Below the pieces are notes generated by a model that saw nothing but the letters and a program-made list of their open reading frames with translations, made no database searches and had not been told where the DNA came from. The translations under genes and the position numbers were made by a program. Shown here piece after piece: positions 8,846-18,420 of a stretch of DNA of 64,000 bases. Every line of letters begins with the position of its first letter. Positions within the stretch are counted from its first letter, which is position 1. This stretch comes from Patescibacteria group bacterium (GTDB lineage Bacteria > Patescibacteriota > Minisyncoccia > Phycocordibacterales > JBBTRF01): the NCBI GenBank assembly GCA_038065315.1, contig JBBTRF010000001.1:97642-161641 (forward strand), given 5' to 3'.

Positions 8846-10336
8846 ATGGCATCTCAAGAAGAAATCCGCGCTGTTCGTCTGCAGAAACTCGCACTCTTGC
8901 GTGAGAAAGGACTGAATCCGTACCCGATTTCAACCAAGCGTGATGCGACGCTTGCTGAAGCGGTTTCTCAATTTGATGAATTGGCAAAGAAGCCGGCGGT
9001 TTCTGTCGCTGGTCGCGTAATGTCTCTGCGTCCGCAGGGCGCGTTGGTGTTTATCACACTCAATGATGGCACGGGAAAGTTTCAGGGGCTGATCAAAAAG
9101 GCTGCCGAGGTTGCTGAAGCGGGTACTGTGAGTGCTGAGGTGTTTGATTTGTTTGGTCAGACTGTCGACATTGGCGACTTCATCGAGCTAGCCGGCGGTT
9201 TGTTTGTGACCAAGCGCGGAGAAAAAACTGTGGCCGTGGCTAGCTGGCGTATGCTCTCGAAGAGTTTAAGACCTTTGCCAGAAAAGTGGCATGGTTTGCA
9301 GGACATTGATGAGCGTTTTCGTCATCGCTATCTCGACACCTTGATGGACGAATCGGTCCGTGCCCGTTTTGTTGCTCGTGCCAAGATTGTTTCTGAGATC
9401 CGACGCTCGCTCGATGCCGCCGGCTATTTGGAAGTGGAGACTCCTGCGTTGCAGCCCCTCGCCGGCGGCACCAACGCTACTCCCTTCGTCACGCATCACA
9501 AGGCTTTGGACACTGACCTCTTTTTGCGTATTGCACCAGAGTTGTATTTGAAGAAGTTGCTCGTTGGTGGCTTTCCGAAAGTGTACGAGATTGGCCGAAA
9601 TTTTCGCAATGAAGGCATCGACACTACCCACAACCCAGAGTTCACCATGCTCGAATACTACGAGGCGTACAGCGATGCGTCCCAGCAGATGGTATTTGCT
9701 GAATCTTTGCTTCGAAATGTAGTGGAGAAGGCATGTGGTAGTTTGTCGGTGGTCTTTGATGAAGAAACTATCGATTTTGCGAAGCCATTCGCGCGCATGT
9801 CGTACGCCGATCTTCTTGGAAAATATGCAGGCATTGCACACCCAGAGACTCTCACTCTCGAGCAAGCTCGGGCCAAGGCTGCAGAATGCAAAGTGAAGGT
9901 AGATCCAAAGGACCCTCTCGAGAAAATCATCGACAATATTTATAAAAAAGCTTGCCGACCGAAGATCGTCCAGCCGACCTTTATCGTCGACTACCCAGTG
10001 GCCTTTCTGCCACTCGCGAAGCGTTCAGAGGAGAATCCGGCATTGGTGAATGCTTTTCAGCTCGTGGCGGGCGGTATGGAGCTTGTGAAGGCTTTTTCTG
10101 AGCTCAACGACCCGATCGACCAGAAGTCTCGTTTTATGGATCAGGAGAAGAACGCGAAGGCGGGGGATGATGAGGCGCAGCCGAATGACGAAGAATATCT
10201 CGAGGCTATGGAATACGGTATGCCTCCGGCCGGCGGTGTCGGTGTTGGTATTGATCGACTCACGATGCTTCTCACCGGGATGAAAAATATTAAGGAAGTT
10301 ATTTTGTTTCCGACCTTGAAGCCAAAAGGGGAGTAA
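8846..10336 (+). CDS. lysS: lysyl-tRNA synthetase (class II)
   Basis: N-terminal OB anticodon-binding domain (RLQKLALLREKGLNPYP); class II motifs 1-3 (FRNEGIDTTHNPEFTMLE, GGMEL, GVGIDRL). Confidence 0.9.
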   Translation: MASQEEIRAVRLQKLALLREKGLNPYPISTKRDATLAEAVSQFDELAKKPAVSVAGRVMSLRPQGALVFITLNDGTGKFQGLIKKAAEVAEAGTVSAEVFDLFGQTVDIGDFIELAGGLFVTKRGEKTVAVASWRMLSKSLRPLPEKWHGLQDIDERFRHRYLDTLMDESVRARFVARAKIVSEIRRSLDAAGYLEVETPALQPLAGGTNATPFVTHHKALDTDLFLRIAPELYLKKLLVGGFPKVYEIGRNFRNEGIDTTHNPEFTMLEYYEAYSDASQQMVFAESLLRNVVEKACGSLSVVFDEETIDFAKPFARMSYADLLGKYAGIAHPETLTLEQARAKAAECKVKVDPKDPLEKIIDNIYKKACRPKIVQPTFIVDYPVAFLPLAKRSEENPALVNAFQLVAGGMELVKAFSELNDPIDQKSRFMDQEKNAKAGDDEAQPNDEEYLEAMEYGMPPAGGVGVGIDRLTMLLTGMKNIKEVILFPTLKPKGE

Positions 10337-10453
10337 GGCGTCAGTCTATTTACATCCTTGTAAAAATACAGTATAGTATTTCTCGAACAGAGATTGCGGC
10401 ACGTTGCCAAGATCCAGACTGTTCTTTAAAAATCAGAACAAAAAGGAAACACC

Positions 10454-11110
10454 GTGAAAGGTGCATTCTTGCCAGCAATTCCTGCCCAACCTCCGCCTCG
10501 TCCCTCCTTCCCCTTCACCGACACCAACGCCCTCGCGGCTATCAAGGAAGCTGAAGATTTTGCCGAGCAATACTTCGGCCATCGTCCCGACTTGCGCACA
10601 CAGTTTGTGATGCCCGAGACGTTCCCGTGGGAAGAGAAAGAGGTCATCGCGGTCTATGACCCCGGCACCATCTCCAATCGCCAAGCAGTGGAGCAAGCCC
10701 TCAAATCCCAGCCTAAGCTCAAGAGGGTGTATGAAGAGGAGAATCTCATGGACTACGAGGATGCGAATGCTTCCGGGAAGCCTACCCTCCGCTTCGTCGC
10801 ACGTTCCGAAACACCCACGGCTGATCTGATGGACCTGTCTGCGGACGAAATGGTCGCTACGAAGCGCACTCTACTCGACCAGCGCGGCTACATCATCGGC
10901 TTCGGCACGTATCACAAAGTCACTGGGGGCTTCCTCGAACAAAAAACTGGCACTCGTTTTCCGGCCTCGAGGCTCCCCGACGGCAAAGTTGCTGACGGTG
11001 GCTGGAATCGTGGTTGCACGGAGTTCTGCTTCTCCCGGGCCCGCGCTGGTCGTCGTATCACTGGCATCGGTGGTCGCGAGACGGTTGAATGCCCACTCCG
11101 GATTCCTTAA
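10454..11110 (+). CDS. hypothetical protein (GTG start; C-ending codon bias unlike neighbouring core genes)
   Basis: 218-aa ORF with strong GC3 periodicity and no recognisable domain. The C-terminal 40 aa are Arg/Gly-rich and may reflect a frameshift. Confidence 0.35.
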   Translation: MKGAFLPAIPAQPPPRPSFPFTDTNALAAIKEAEDFAEQYFGHRPDLRTQFVMPETFPWEEKEVIAVYDPGTISNRQAVEQALKSQPKLKRVYEEENLMDYEDANASGKPTLRFVARSETPTADLMDLSADEMVATKRTLLDQRGYIIGFGTYHKVTGGFLEQKTGTRFPASRLPDGKVADGGWNRGCTEFCFSRARAGRRITGIGGRETVECPLRIP

Positions 11111-11202
11111 TCCCTTGCTCTCTTCGGTTTCCTTTCTTGACACCCTCGGCTGCACTTTGTGTAGTCGGGGATTTTTCTATACAAAATTTGTTCAGCTTGC
11201 TT

Positions 11203-11781
11203 CTACCGACTCTCGGTTTTGCGTAGCCCCCACGGCGTGGCATCTGGCAACCGCTCTTTTTTTGACAACGTGAATTGATAGATAGAAAAAATAATGGTTG
11301 CGCTGGTGGCGATCTCTTTGAACACGATCCAGCCGGCGGTGGGGAGGTTGAGGCGGGCAAGTTCGTTGGTGACAGCGAGAATAGTAAAGAAGATCGCCCA
11401 ACGCCAGGAAAGAGTGCGCCAGCCACGGTCATTCATGGCGATGAGCTTTTGGAACATCGGTTTCAGCCAGCCTTTGCCGTGCGCGAGGCCAATGAAGAGG
11501 GCGATGGCGAAGGCGGCATTGTACAGGGTGTCCTTGGCGATCAAAAAGAATGGATTGTCGAAAATGAGGGTCAGCGTGCCGAAGATGACCACCGAGCCGC
11601 CGGCAATGAGAGGAAACCAAGCGATGCGTTTTTGTTCATAGAGGCCGACGACCAGAGAAATGACCGTGAGCACCACGAAAATCAAGGTGGCACGAAGGAA
11701 ACTCACTTGCTCGGCTATCAGGAAGAAGACAATGATCGGGCCGAACTCGACTCCGAGACCGACGACCAATTTGCGTAACAT
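11203..11781 (-). CDS. intracellular septation protein A / YciB-family inner membrane protein
   Basis: 192 aa, 5-6 TM helices; N-terminal GPIIVFFL and overall YciB/IspZ-like pattern. Confidence 0.65.
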   Translation of the reverse strand: MLRKLVVGLGVEFGPIIVFFLIAEQVSFLRATLIFVVLTVISLVVGLYEQKRIAWFPLIAGGSVVIFGTLTLIFDNPFFLIAKDTLYNAAFAIALFIGLAHGKGWLKPMFQKLIAMNDRGWRTLSWRWAIFFTILAVTNELARLNLPTAGWIVFKEIATSATIIFSIYQFTLSKKERLPDATPWGLRKTESR

Positions 11782-11794
11782 GAAGGATAGTATA

Positions 11795-12424
11795 TCAGAA
11801 AAGAGCCCGGTGACCTGTGGAAATTTCAGGGATAATCACCTCTTGTCCGACCGTGATACCATGTTTTTTTACGAAGCCCGCATTCAGCTCGATCACGTAA
11901 CCCACCGCCTCGGGCGGAGTGTAGTAGCGGGGATCCTGCAGATTTTTTTCGGGTTTCATCGACTCTTCAATCCCCACGATGCGCTTGTCCGCGTCGATCC
12001 AGAGTAGGTCAATCGGAAAATTCATGTCCGGCATCCAGAAGGCGTATTTTTCAGCAGTGGGGAACAAAAAGAGCAGCCCTTGCCTCTTTGGGAGGTGAAA
12101 ACGTCCGGAAAGGCCTTTTTCAAGGGTTTCCGGAGTATCGGCGATCTCTACGGGGATAATGAGGTCGCCGACTTTGACGTCATAGAGGGTGGCGCGGTCC
12201 TTGTAGTCGGTGGAAGCCTGTCGCAACACAGCCCAACCAGCGGAAATGACCATAATGAGGGCGATAATCGAGCAAACCGTCGCCTTCCAAGCAAAGGACT
12301 TGTGTCGGATGTCCATGGCTATAAGTATGACACAGCCCCGAGTGCCGCAAAGAGGACTTTTTCGACCTGCCATGGGGATAACTTTGTTGTAGAGTGGGAT
12401 GAAGTGGTATAAAATACTATACAT
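11795..12424 (-). CDS. DUF192 (COG1430) domain protein
   Basis: LSGR..GLLFLFP......FWMPDMNFPIDLLWID.D..IVGIEE matches the DUF192 signature. The true start is probably the internal ATG at ~12316, giving a signal-anchor. Confidence 0.65.
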   Translation of the reverse strand: MYSILYHFIPLYNKVIPMAGRKSPLCGTRGCVILIAMDIRHKSFAWKATVCSIIALIMVISAGWAVLRQASTDYKDRATLYDVKVGDLIIPVEIADTPETLEKGLSGRFHLPKRQGLLFLFPTAEKYAFWMPDMNFPIDLLWIDADKRIVGIEESMKPEKNLQDPRYYTPPEAVGYVIELNAGFVKKHGITVGQEVIIPEISTGHRALF

Positions 12425-12633
12425 GTGGGAAAAAGTGGTAAATTAATAAAAACAACATGAAACTCAACAAAAACATCTTTGTGGTTCGATCGGGCCAGAG
12501 TTCGTACGCTTTCCTCTCTACTACTCTGTCGGTGAAGCCTCGCGAAAAAGTCCTCATTGCGAAAAAAGAAAAGGTGATTCTCTCGGAAATGAAATTGGAT
12601 AATTCGCTCGACTCATAAACACCCATCGCGTCT

Positions 12634-13068
12634 ATGTTTATCGGCCAATACACGCACACCATAGACGACAAGAACAGACTCTCTTTGCCTGTAAAGTTTC
12701 GTAAGGAAATGGGGAAGCGGGTGATCATCACTCCTGGCCTCGATGGTTGTCTCTTCGTGTTTACGCCGACGCAGTGGGAGACGATCTCGGAGAAGCTCGG
12801 CGGTTCATCGATGTTGCAAGCTGACACACGAAGCTTCAATCGATACATGCTCGGTGGGGCAGTGGAGGCGGATGTAGACTCGATCGGTCGCGTGTTGGTG
12901 CCAGATTTTTTGAAAGAAAAAGCGCAATTGAAAAAAGAAGTCGTTTTGATCGGTGTGCAGAACCGTGTGGAAATCTGGAATGACACGCTCTGGATGGAGT
13001 ACAAAGCCAAGGTCGAAAAGGAAGCAAACAGCCTCGCCGAAAAGCTCGGGCAGATCGGCGTGCTATAA
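12634..13068 (+). CDS. mraZ: transcriptional regulator MraZ
   Basis: MFIGQYTHTIDDKNRLSLPVKFR duplicated MraZ domain. Confidence 0.9.
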   Translation: MFIGQYTHTIDDKNRLSLPVKFRKEMGKRVIITPGLDGCLFVFTPTQWETISEKLGGSSMLQADTRSFNRYMLGGAVEADVDSIGRVLVPDFLKEKAQLKKEVVLIGVQNRVEIWNDTLWMEYKAKVEKEANSLAEKLGQIGVL

Positions 13069-13073
13069 AAAAC

Positions 13074-14006
13074 ATGACACCCACCCTACACAAATCTGTA
13101 CTTCTGAAAGAATCGCTCGATTCTTTGGAGTTGCGCGCGGGTGGAGTGTTTGTGGATGCAACATTGGGTGGTGGCGGACACAGCGCGGAGGTGATAGCGC
13201 GATTTGGCAAGGAGGTGAAGATTGTGGCGATCGACCTAGATCAGGCGGCGATTGATTTGGCAATGAAACGATTGGAGGCGGGTAATATTCAATACTATTG
13301 CGGCAGCTTTCGAAATATCGATCTGGCCTTGGCGGGGCAGAAGGCAGATGGCGAATTGTTTGATCTTGGATGGAATGCCGACCAATTTGAGGCGGCTGAG
13401 CGCGGGTTTAGTTTTCAAAAAGATGGACCGCTGAAGATGATGTTCTCGCAAACTGAGACTCCGGCTCCGGCAGTCGGTGTGAAGGCAAGTGTTGTGGCAA
13501 ATGCGCTTCCGCGCTTCACTGCGCGAGACATTGTGAACAGTTGGGAGGAACAGAACATTGCTGATGTGATTTACGCGTATGGTGAGGAGCGATATTCGCG
13601 ACGGATTGCGCGCGCCATCTGCGAGGCGCGCGCCCAGAAGCCGATAGAAACCACACTCGAGCTCGTGAATGTCATCGGCCGTGCGGTACCATTCTTTTAT
13701 AAAAAAGGGAAGACCCATTTTGCTACTCGTACCTTCCAGGCCTTGCGGATCGCCGTAAATGACGAGCTTTCTGCGCTCAAAGAAGGCCTCTGGAAAGGCT
13801 TCGACTCATTGGCCCCCGGCGGACGAATGGCCGTGATCTCTTTTCATAGTCTCGAAGATCGAATCGTGAAGCGGTATTTCAAAGAGAAGGCGGACCAAGG
13901 GGAGGCGGAGCTAATCACCAAGAAACCCATTGTTCCGAGCGACGAGGAAATGCAGGAAAACCGGCGGTCGCGGAGTGCAAAACTCAGAGTCCTTAAGAAA
14001 AAATAA
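13074..14006 (+). CDS. rsmH: 16S rRNA (cytosine1402-N4)-methyltransferase RsmH (MraW)
   Basis: HKSVLLKESLDSLEL..GVFVDATLGGGGHSAEV SAM-binding motif; follows mraZ. Confidence 0.9.
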   Translation: MTPTLHKSVLLKESLDSLELRAGGVFVDATLGGGGHSAEVIARFGKEVKIVAIDLDQAAIDLAMKRLEAGNIQYYCGSFRNIDLALAGQKADGELFDLGWNADQFEAAERGFSFQKDGPLKMMFSQTETPAPAVGVKASVVANALPRFTARDIVNSWEEQNIADVIYAYGEERYSRRIARAICEARAQKPIETTLELVNVIGRAVPFFYKKGKTHFATRTFQALRIAVNDELSALKEGLWKGFDSLAPGGRMAVISFHSLEDRIVKRYFKEKADQGEAELITKKPIVPSDEEMQENRRSRSAKLRVLKKK

Positions 14007-14057
14007 AGAGGCGATCGAGAAATCCTCAAAAAGTCCTAAACATCATATAAAAAACCC

Positions 14058-14393
14058 ATGAACGCCATCATCTACCATACCAATCAGCTCACCAAGAACG
14101 AACTCTTCATTCAAAGGGTTTGTATTGCTGTACTCGCCCTCATTTTCTGCTCAGCTCTTTCGTATGGGTATATGATCAACGCCACGATCGGCAACGTGGT
14201 GGCTCGACAGAAGGCGCAATCGTCGATTACAAAGCTCAGCGCGGAGCTCGCTACTCTCGAAACTACCCATTTGCAGCTCAAAAATAATATCGGCCCATCG
14301 CTGGCGGTCCAACTCGGTTTTGTAGACGTGGCTGATCCGCATTTTGTGTCGTATAATCAATCGCAAAGCCTCTCTCTCAACACGCCTCGATAG
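14058..14393 (+). CDS. FtsL-like cell-division protein (small bitopic)
   Basis: 111 aa with one TM followed by a short coiled coil, located between rsmH and ftsI. Confidence 0.5.
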   Translation: MNAIIYHTNQLTKNELFIQRVCIAVLALIFCSALSYGYMINATIGNVVARQKAQSSITKLSAELATLETTHLQLKNNIGPSLAVQLGFVDVADPHFVSYNQSQSLSLNTPR

Positions 14394-14399
14394 TGGTGT

Positions 14400-16133
14400 G
14401 TGGCGGCAGCGGGCGATTCATCATTCATGAAGGAGCACCCCTGGAGAATTCGTCTTGTCGCTAGCACTGTGCTCCTCGTGGCGCTGGTGCTCATTGGCAG
14501 ATTGTATTTAGTGCAAGTCGTACGCGGCGGTTCGTATGCAGAAAAGGCCGAGCGGCAATATGTGAGCCCGACCCAGCACCTGTTCGATCGCGGCTCTATT
14601 TATTTCCAAAATAAAGATGGTAGCTCGTATGGCGCGGCCACGATCAATTCCGGTTTTACCTTGGTGATCAATCCCAAGAAGATTGCCTCTGTCGATGAGG
14701 CGTACCGGCAGATCCATACGTTGTGGCCGATCGATCGCGACATTTTCTTTGCAAAGGCTCGAAAAGATGATCAATATGAAGAGATCGCGAAGCGGGTAGA
14801 TAAAGAACTTGGTGCCCAGATCAGCGCACTGAAGATTCCTGGCGTGAGTCTCGTGCGCGATCAGTGGCGAGTGTATCCGGGCGGGGATATTGCGGCGCAG
14901 ACCATCGGATTTGTTGGATACAACGGCGACATTCTTGACGGTCGCTACGGTCTCGAACGTTTCTACCAAGAGACGTTGCGTCGTGATACCGACAAGGCAT
15001 ACGTCAATTTTTTTGCCGAAGTCTTCTCTGACCTCGGGAAGGTGGTAAGTGAGGAAGAGGATCTGGAGGGTGACTTGGTGACCACGATCGAACCGAGTGT
15101 GCAGATGCGTCTAGAGCAGGTGCTGGGCGAGGTGCAAAAACATTGGTCGTCCGATCTCACCGCTGGTATCATCATGGATCCGAAGACTGGCGAGATTTAC
15201 GCCATGGGCGCGACACCATCTTTTGACCCGAACCATTTTCAGACAGTGAAGGATCTTCGGGTGTACAGCAATCCGCTTATAGAAAATGTGTATGAAATGG
15301 GTTCGATCATCAAGCCGATCACGATGGCGGCAGGGATTGACGCCGGTGCGGTGACTGCGGAGACAACGTATGTTGATACTGGCTTTGTCACGGCAGACAG
15401 CAAGACCTTGTACAATTCAGATAAGAAGCATCGCGGTGTCACGACGATGCAGGAGGTGTTGAACAAGTCACTCAACACCGGCGCCTCCTTCGTGGTGCAG
15501 AAGATGGGGAAACAGGCGTTCAAGGAGTATTTGCTGCGTTTTGGATTTGATGAAGAGACAGGGATCGATGTACCAAACGAGTCGCGCGGGCTCCTGAAGA
15601 CGCTAGTCGAGAGCCCGCGCGACATCGAATCCTACACCGCCTCCTTTGGCCAGGGTATCGCCTTGTCACCAATCGCTACCGTCCGCGCCCTCTCTGCCCT
15701 TGGAAACGGTGGCTACCTGCCGAATCCGCACGTGGTGAAGGAGATCAACTACAAAATTGGCGTTACCAAAAAGCTGAGCTACCCAGACGGACGACGGGTG
15801 TTGAAGCCAGAGACTTCAGAAGAAGTCTCGCGCATGCTGGTCGAGCTCGTCGACACAGCGCTGAGGAATGGCAAGGTGAAGCTTGAGCACTATAGTGTGG
15901 CGGCGAAAACTGGTACGGCCCAGATCTCTCAAGGAGGTACGAAGGGGTACTATGCCGATCGTTACCTCCACTCCTTCTTCGGATATTTTCCGGCATACAA
16001 CCCGCGTTTCATCGTCTTCTTGTACACCGTGTACCCAAAGAATGTCGATTTTGCATCAGAAACACTCACTGACCCATTCTTTGATTTGACCAATTTTCTG
16101 CTACACTATTACGAAGTCCCGCCCGATAGATAA
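14400..16133 (+). CDS. ftsI: peptidoglycan D,D-transpeptidase FtsI / PBP3-like class B PBP
   Basis: N-terminal TM; transpeptidase motifs SIIKP (SxxK), SLN (SxN), KTGTA (KTG); division-cluster position. Confidence 0.85.
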   Translation: MAAAGDSSFMKEHPWRIRLVASTVLLVALVLIGRLYLVQVVRGGSYAEKAERQYVSPTQHLFDRGSIYFQNKDGSSYGAATINSGFTLVINPKKIASVDEAYRQIHTLWPIDRDIFFAKARKDDQYEEIAKRVDKELGAQISALKIPGVSLVRDQWRVYPGGDIAAQTIGFVGYNGDILDGRYGLERFYQETLRRDTDKAYVNFFAEVFSDLGKVVSEEEDLEGDLVTTIEPSVQMRLEQVLGEVQKHWSSDLTAGIIMDPKTGEIYAMGATPSFDPNHFQTVKDLRVYSNPLIENVYEMGSIIKPITMAAGIDAGAVTAETTYVDTGFVTADSKTLYNSDKKHRGVTTMQEVLNKSLNTGASFVVQKMGKQAFKEYLLRFGFDEETGIDVPNESRGLLKTLVESPRDIESYTASFGQGIALSPIATVRALSALGNGGYLPNPHVVKEINYKIGVTKKLSYPDGRRVLKPETSEEVSRMLVELVDTALRNGKVKLEHYSVAAKTGTAQISQGGTKGYYADRYLHSFFGYFPAYNPRFIVFLYTVYPKNVDFASETLTDPFFDLTNFLLHYYEVPPDR

Positions 16134-16159
16134 AAATCGCGCAGCATCCGGAAATACAC

Positions 16160-17470
16160 ATGAAATCCTTTTTTAAAACGATCGTCGTCGCCATCCTTCA
16201 GTGGGAAGCCAAGTTGGTGCTGAAGAAGTACCAACCGAAAATCGTCGCCATCACCGGCAGCGTTGGCAAGACATCTACGAAAGACGCTATCTATTCCGCC
16301 CTCGCCTCGTCGTTTTTTGTACGCAAAAGCCAGAAAAGCTTCAATGGCGACATCGGCGTACCCCTCACCATCCTCGGTCTCCAGAACGCGAGGTCCAATC
16401 CGTTTTTGTGGCTTGAAAACATTTGCAAGGGCTTCATGGCGGTCATCACCACGCATCCGTATCCGGCCTGGCTTGTCCTCGAGGTGGGTGCTGATCGACC
16501 GAAAGATATTGCCCAGATCATGGAGTGGGTGAAGCCAGATATCGGTGTGGTGACTCGTATTGGTGAGGTGCCAGTACACGTGGAATTTTTCAAGGATCGC
16601 GCCGAGCTCGTGTTCGAGAAAAGCCAATTGCCACGCGCGGTGAGGGCCGAAGCAGAGGGTGGCTTGCTGCTTCTGAATATTGATGACGCAGATGTTGCTG
16701 GGTTTCGACCGCTCTCAAAGGCGAAGGTGATGACAGTGAGCCAAAAAGAGGGCGCTGATTTCCGTGCGACCGCGCCCGAGCTGTTCTACGAATCCGGCAA
16801 AGACGGCTCTCAGCACCCAGCCGGTATCCGTTTCGCGATCCATCACGGCGAGAAGACGTATGAGGTTGTGCGGCGCGGCATCGCCGGTAGTCATCACTTG
16901 TATCCGGCCTTGTTTGCTTTTGCTGTGGCGGTGACACAAGGTATCGCACCGGAGAAAGCCATCGAAGGTCTTTCCCGTGAGCTCAATACTCCCGGCCGCA
17001 TGCGTTTGCTTCCAGCCGTGAAGGGCGCGACCGTCATCGACGACACTTACAACGCCTCGCCGGTGGCGATGACCGAAGCGCTCCACACTCTTGGTGGTTT
17101 GAAGTGTGGCAAGAAGATCGCGTTGCTGGGCGACATGATGGAGCTTGGCAAGCTCTCCGCCGAAGCACATCGCAAGGCCGGCTTGCTTGCGGGTACCGTC
17201 GTGGATGTGTTGGTGACTGTTGGTGTACGCGCTCGGCAGATCGCTGAGGGCGCTCTCGATGCTGGACTGGCTGATGACAAGATTTTTCAATTTGACAGCG
17301 CTCAAGAGGCGGGGAAGTACGTCGAGCAGATGCTTGGCGAAGGGGATGTCGTCCTCGCGAAAGGTTCGCAGTCTATCCGTATGGAGCGCGCCGTACAGGA
17401 GTTCATGGCAGAACCCGAGCGCCGAGCAGAGCTGCTCGTACGCCAAGACGAAGAGTGGCAGAAGCGGTAA
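16160..17470 (+). CDS. murF: UDP-N-acetylmuramoyl-tripeptide--D-alanyl-D-alanine ligase (Mur ligase)
   Basis: ITGSVGKTSTKD P-loop typical of MurF (GSxGKTS), Mur ligase central and C-terminal domains, follows ftsI. Confidence 0.75.
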   Translation: MKSFFKTIVVAILQWEAKLVLKKYQPKIVAITGSVGKTSTKDAIYSALASSFFVRKSQKSFNGDIGVPLTILGLQNARSNPFLWLENICKGFMAVITTHPYPAWLVLEVGADRPKDIAQIMEWVKPDIGVVTRIGEVPVHVEFFKDRAELVFEKSQLPRAVRAEAEGGLLLLNIDDADVAGFRPLSKAKVMTVSQKEGADFRATAPELFYESGKDGSQHPAGIRFAIHHGEKTYEVVRRGIAGSHHLYPALFAFAVAVTQGIAPEKAIEGLSRELNTPGRMRLLPAVKGATVIDDTYNASPVAMTEALHTLGGLKCGKKIALLGDMMELGKLSAEAHRKAGLLAGTVVDVLVTVGVRARQIAEGALDAGLADDKIFQFDSAQEAGKYVEQMLGEGDVVLAKGSQSIRMERAVQEFMAEPERRAELLVRQDEEWQKR

Positions 17471-17518
17471 TTGTGTGGTATATATTGAGGGCGCCGCACC
17501 GTGCGGCAACATTTTTAC

Positions 17519-17590
17519 GGCCCTATCGTCTAACGGTTAGGACGGAGCCTTCTCAAGGCTTAAATCGGGGTTCGATTCCCCGTAGGGTCA
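17519..17590 (+). tRNA. tRNA-Glu (anticodon CTC)
   Basis: 72-nt cloverleaf read by hand: acceptor GGCCCTA/TAGGGTC, D-arm GTCT-AACGGTTA-GGAC, anticodon stem GAGCC/GGCTT with loop TTCTCAA (U33, CUC, A37), T-arm CGGGG-TTCGATT-CCCCG, discriminator A. CCA not encoded. Confidence 0.8.
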
Positions 17591-17638
17591 TGCGAAACAA
17601 AAAGAGACATCTGTCAAGATGTCTCTTTTTGTTTCGCA
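17591..17638. repeat. perfect hairpin (22-bp stem, 4-nt loop) immediately 3' of tRNA-Glu
   Basis: tgcgaaacaaaaagagacatct-gtca-agatgtctctttttgtttcgca; the arms are exact reverse complements. Confidence 0.85.
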
Positions 17639-17732
17639 TTATGATGCCCTGTGTGGCAGAATCGAAAGCCGGAGCTCGCGCAGGCGAGCGAGGCGGGGTC
17701 GAGAGCCGAGCCAACAGGCGAGGACTCGTGAC

Positions 17733-17750
17733 CGATTCCCCGTAGGGTCA
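17733..17750 (+). repeat. exact 18-nt direct repeat of the tRNA-Glu 3' end (cgattccccgtagggtca; first copy 17573-17590)
   Basis: Identical 18-mer 142 bp downstream of the tRNA; the second copy is followed by CCA (gggtcaCCA). Confidence 0.85.
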
Positions 17751-17834
17751 CCATTTGCTAGAAGTAATAAGCGGCCGCTGGGCATTGTAGGCCGTAGATT
17801 GTCTCCAGAATGACCCTTATGCTATGATATTCTC

Positions 17835-18128
17835 ATGATTCGTCCTTATTCACTAAAACTCACCGTTAATTTCATCAAAGAAGGCAAGCAAGTCGTTGCC
17901 TATGCCCCGGCACTCGATATTTCTACTGTAGGAAAGACTGAGAAGCAGGCCAAAGAACGATTCCAGGAGCTTGTCGCGATTTTTCTTAAGGACATCACCG
18001 AGCGTAATGTTAAGGATGAAGTGCTTACGGAGCTTGGTTGGACAAAAGTCGCAGTCCGCAATCGACCATCTCAATGGGTTCCACCCGTGGTAACGTCAGA
18101 AGTTTTACCAGTTCCTATGATGGCATAA
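17835..18128 (+). CDS. hicB: HicB-family antitoxin-like protein (pair 1)
   Basis: 97 aa; N-terminal LKLTVNFIKEGKQVVAYAPALDISTVGKTEKQAKERFQELVAIFL resembles the HicB/UPF0150 fold; its stop abuts the HicA ATG. Confidence 0.55.
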   Translation: MIRPYSLKLTVNFIKEGKQVVAYAPALDISTVGKTEKQAKERFQELVAIFLKDITERNVKDEVLTELGWTKVAVRNRPSQWVPPVVTSEVLPVPMMA

Positions 18129-18356
18129 ATGCGTTTAGGAAGAATTCACTGGAAGAAGTTTGAAAAATTCCTCTTGTCGGTTGGTTGTGAGTTTGCCTCT
18201 GAAGAAGGTGATCATCGAAAGTATCGGAAGCCGGGTATTTTACGTCCAGTCATCATTCCGAGAGGGTCAGAGCTACCGCAATTTGTAATTCTCAACAATC
18301 TTCGTACACTCGGTATTTCACGAGAAGCCTATCTGAAGATTATTGTAAAACTCTAG
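18129..18356 (+). CDS. hicA: HicA-family mRNA interferase toxin (pair 1)
   Basis: 75 aa; GCEFASEEGDHRKYRKPG...VIIPRGSELPQFVILNNLRTLGIS matches the HicA/YcfA pattern. Confidence 0.65.
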   Translation: MRLGRIHWKKFEKFLLSVGCEFASEEGDHRKYRKPGILRPVIIPRGSELPQFVILNNLRTLGISREAYLKIIVKL

Positions 18357-18420
18357 CAGGTAAAGATTCCTCGCTTTAACGAAATTGTAATTTGCCAGTC
18401 CGGATGATATCATTGAAAAC

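Noticed and set aside
11275-11778. 167-aa acidic ORF
   Set aside because: Antisense to the YciB-family membrane protein gene, which has a coherent TM topology; no domain.
12424-12440. GTGGG-aaaaa-GTGGT direct repeats resembling MraZ operator repeats
   Set aside because: Only two imperfect units, ~200 bp upstream of mraZ and overlapping the DUF192 gene start. Too weak to call an operator.
17573-17750. Possibility that the 18-nt tRNA-end duplication is coincidental or a tRNA pseudogene
   Set aside because: Chance is implausible for an exact 18-mer adjacent to its source. A pseudogene cannot be excluded, but the upstream part lacks D- and anticodon-arm equivalents, so the integration-scar reading is preferred and is reported as a finding.
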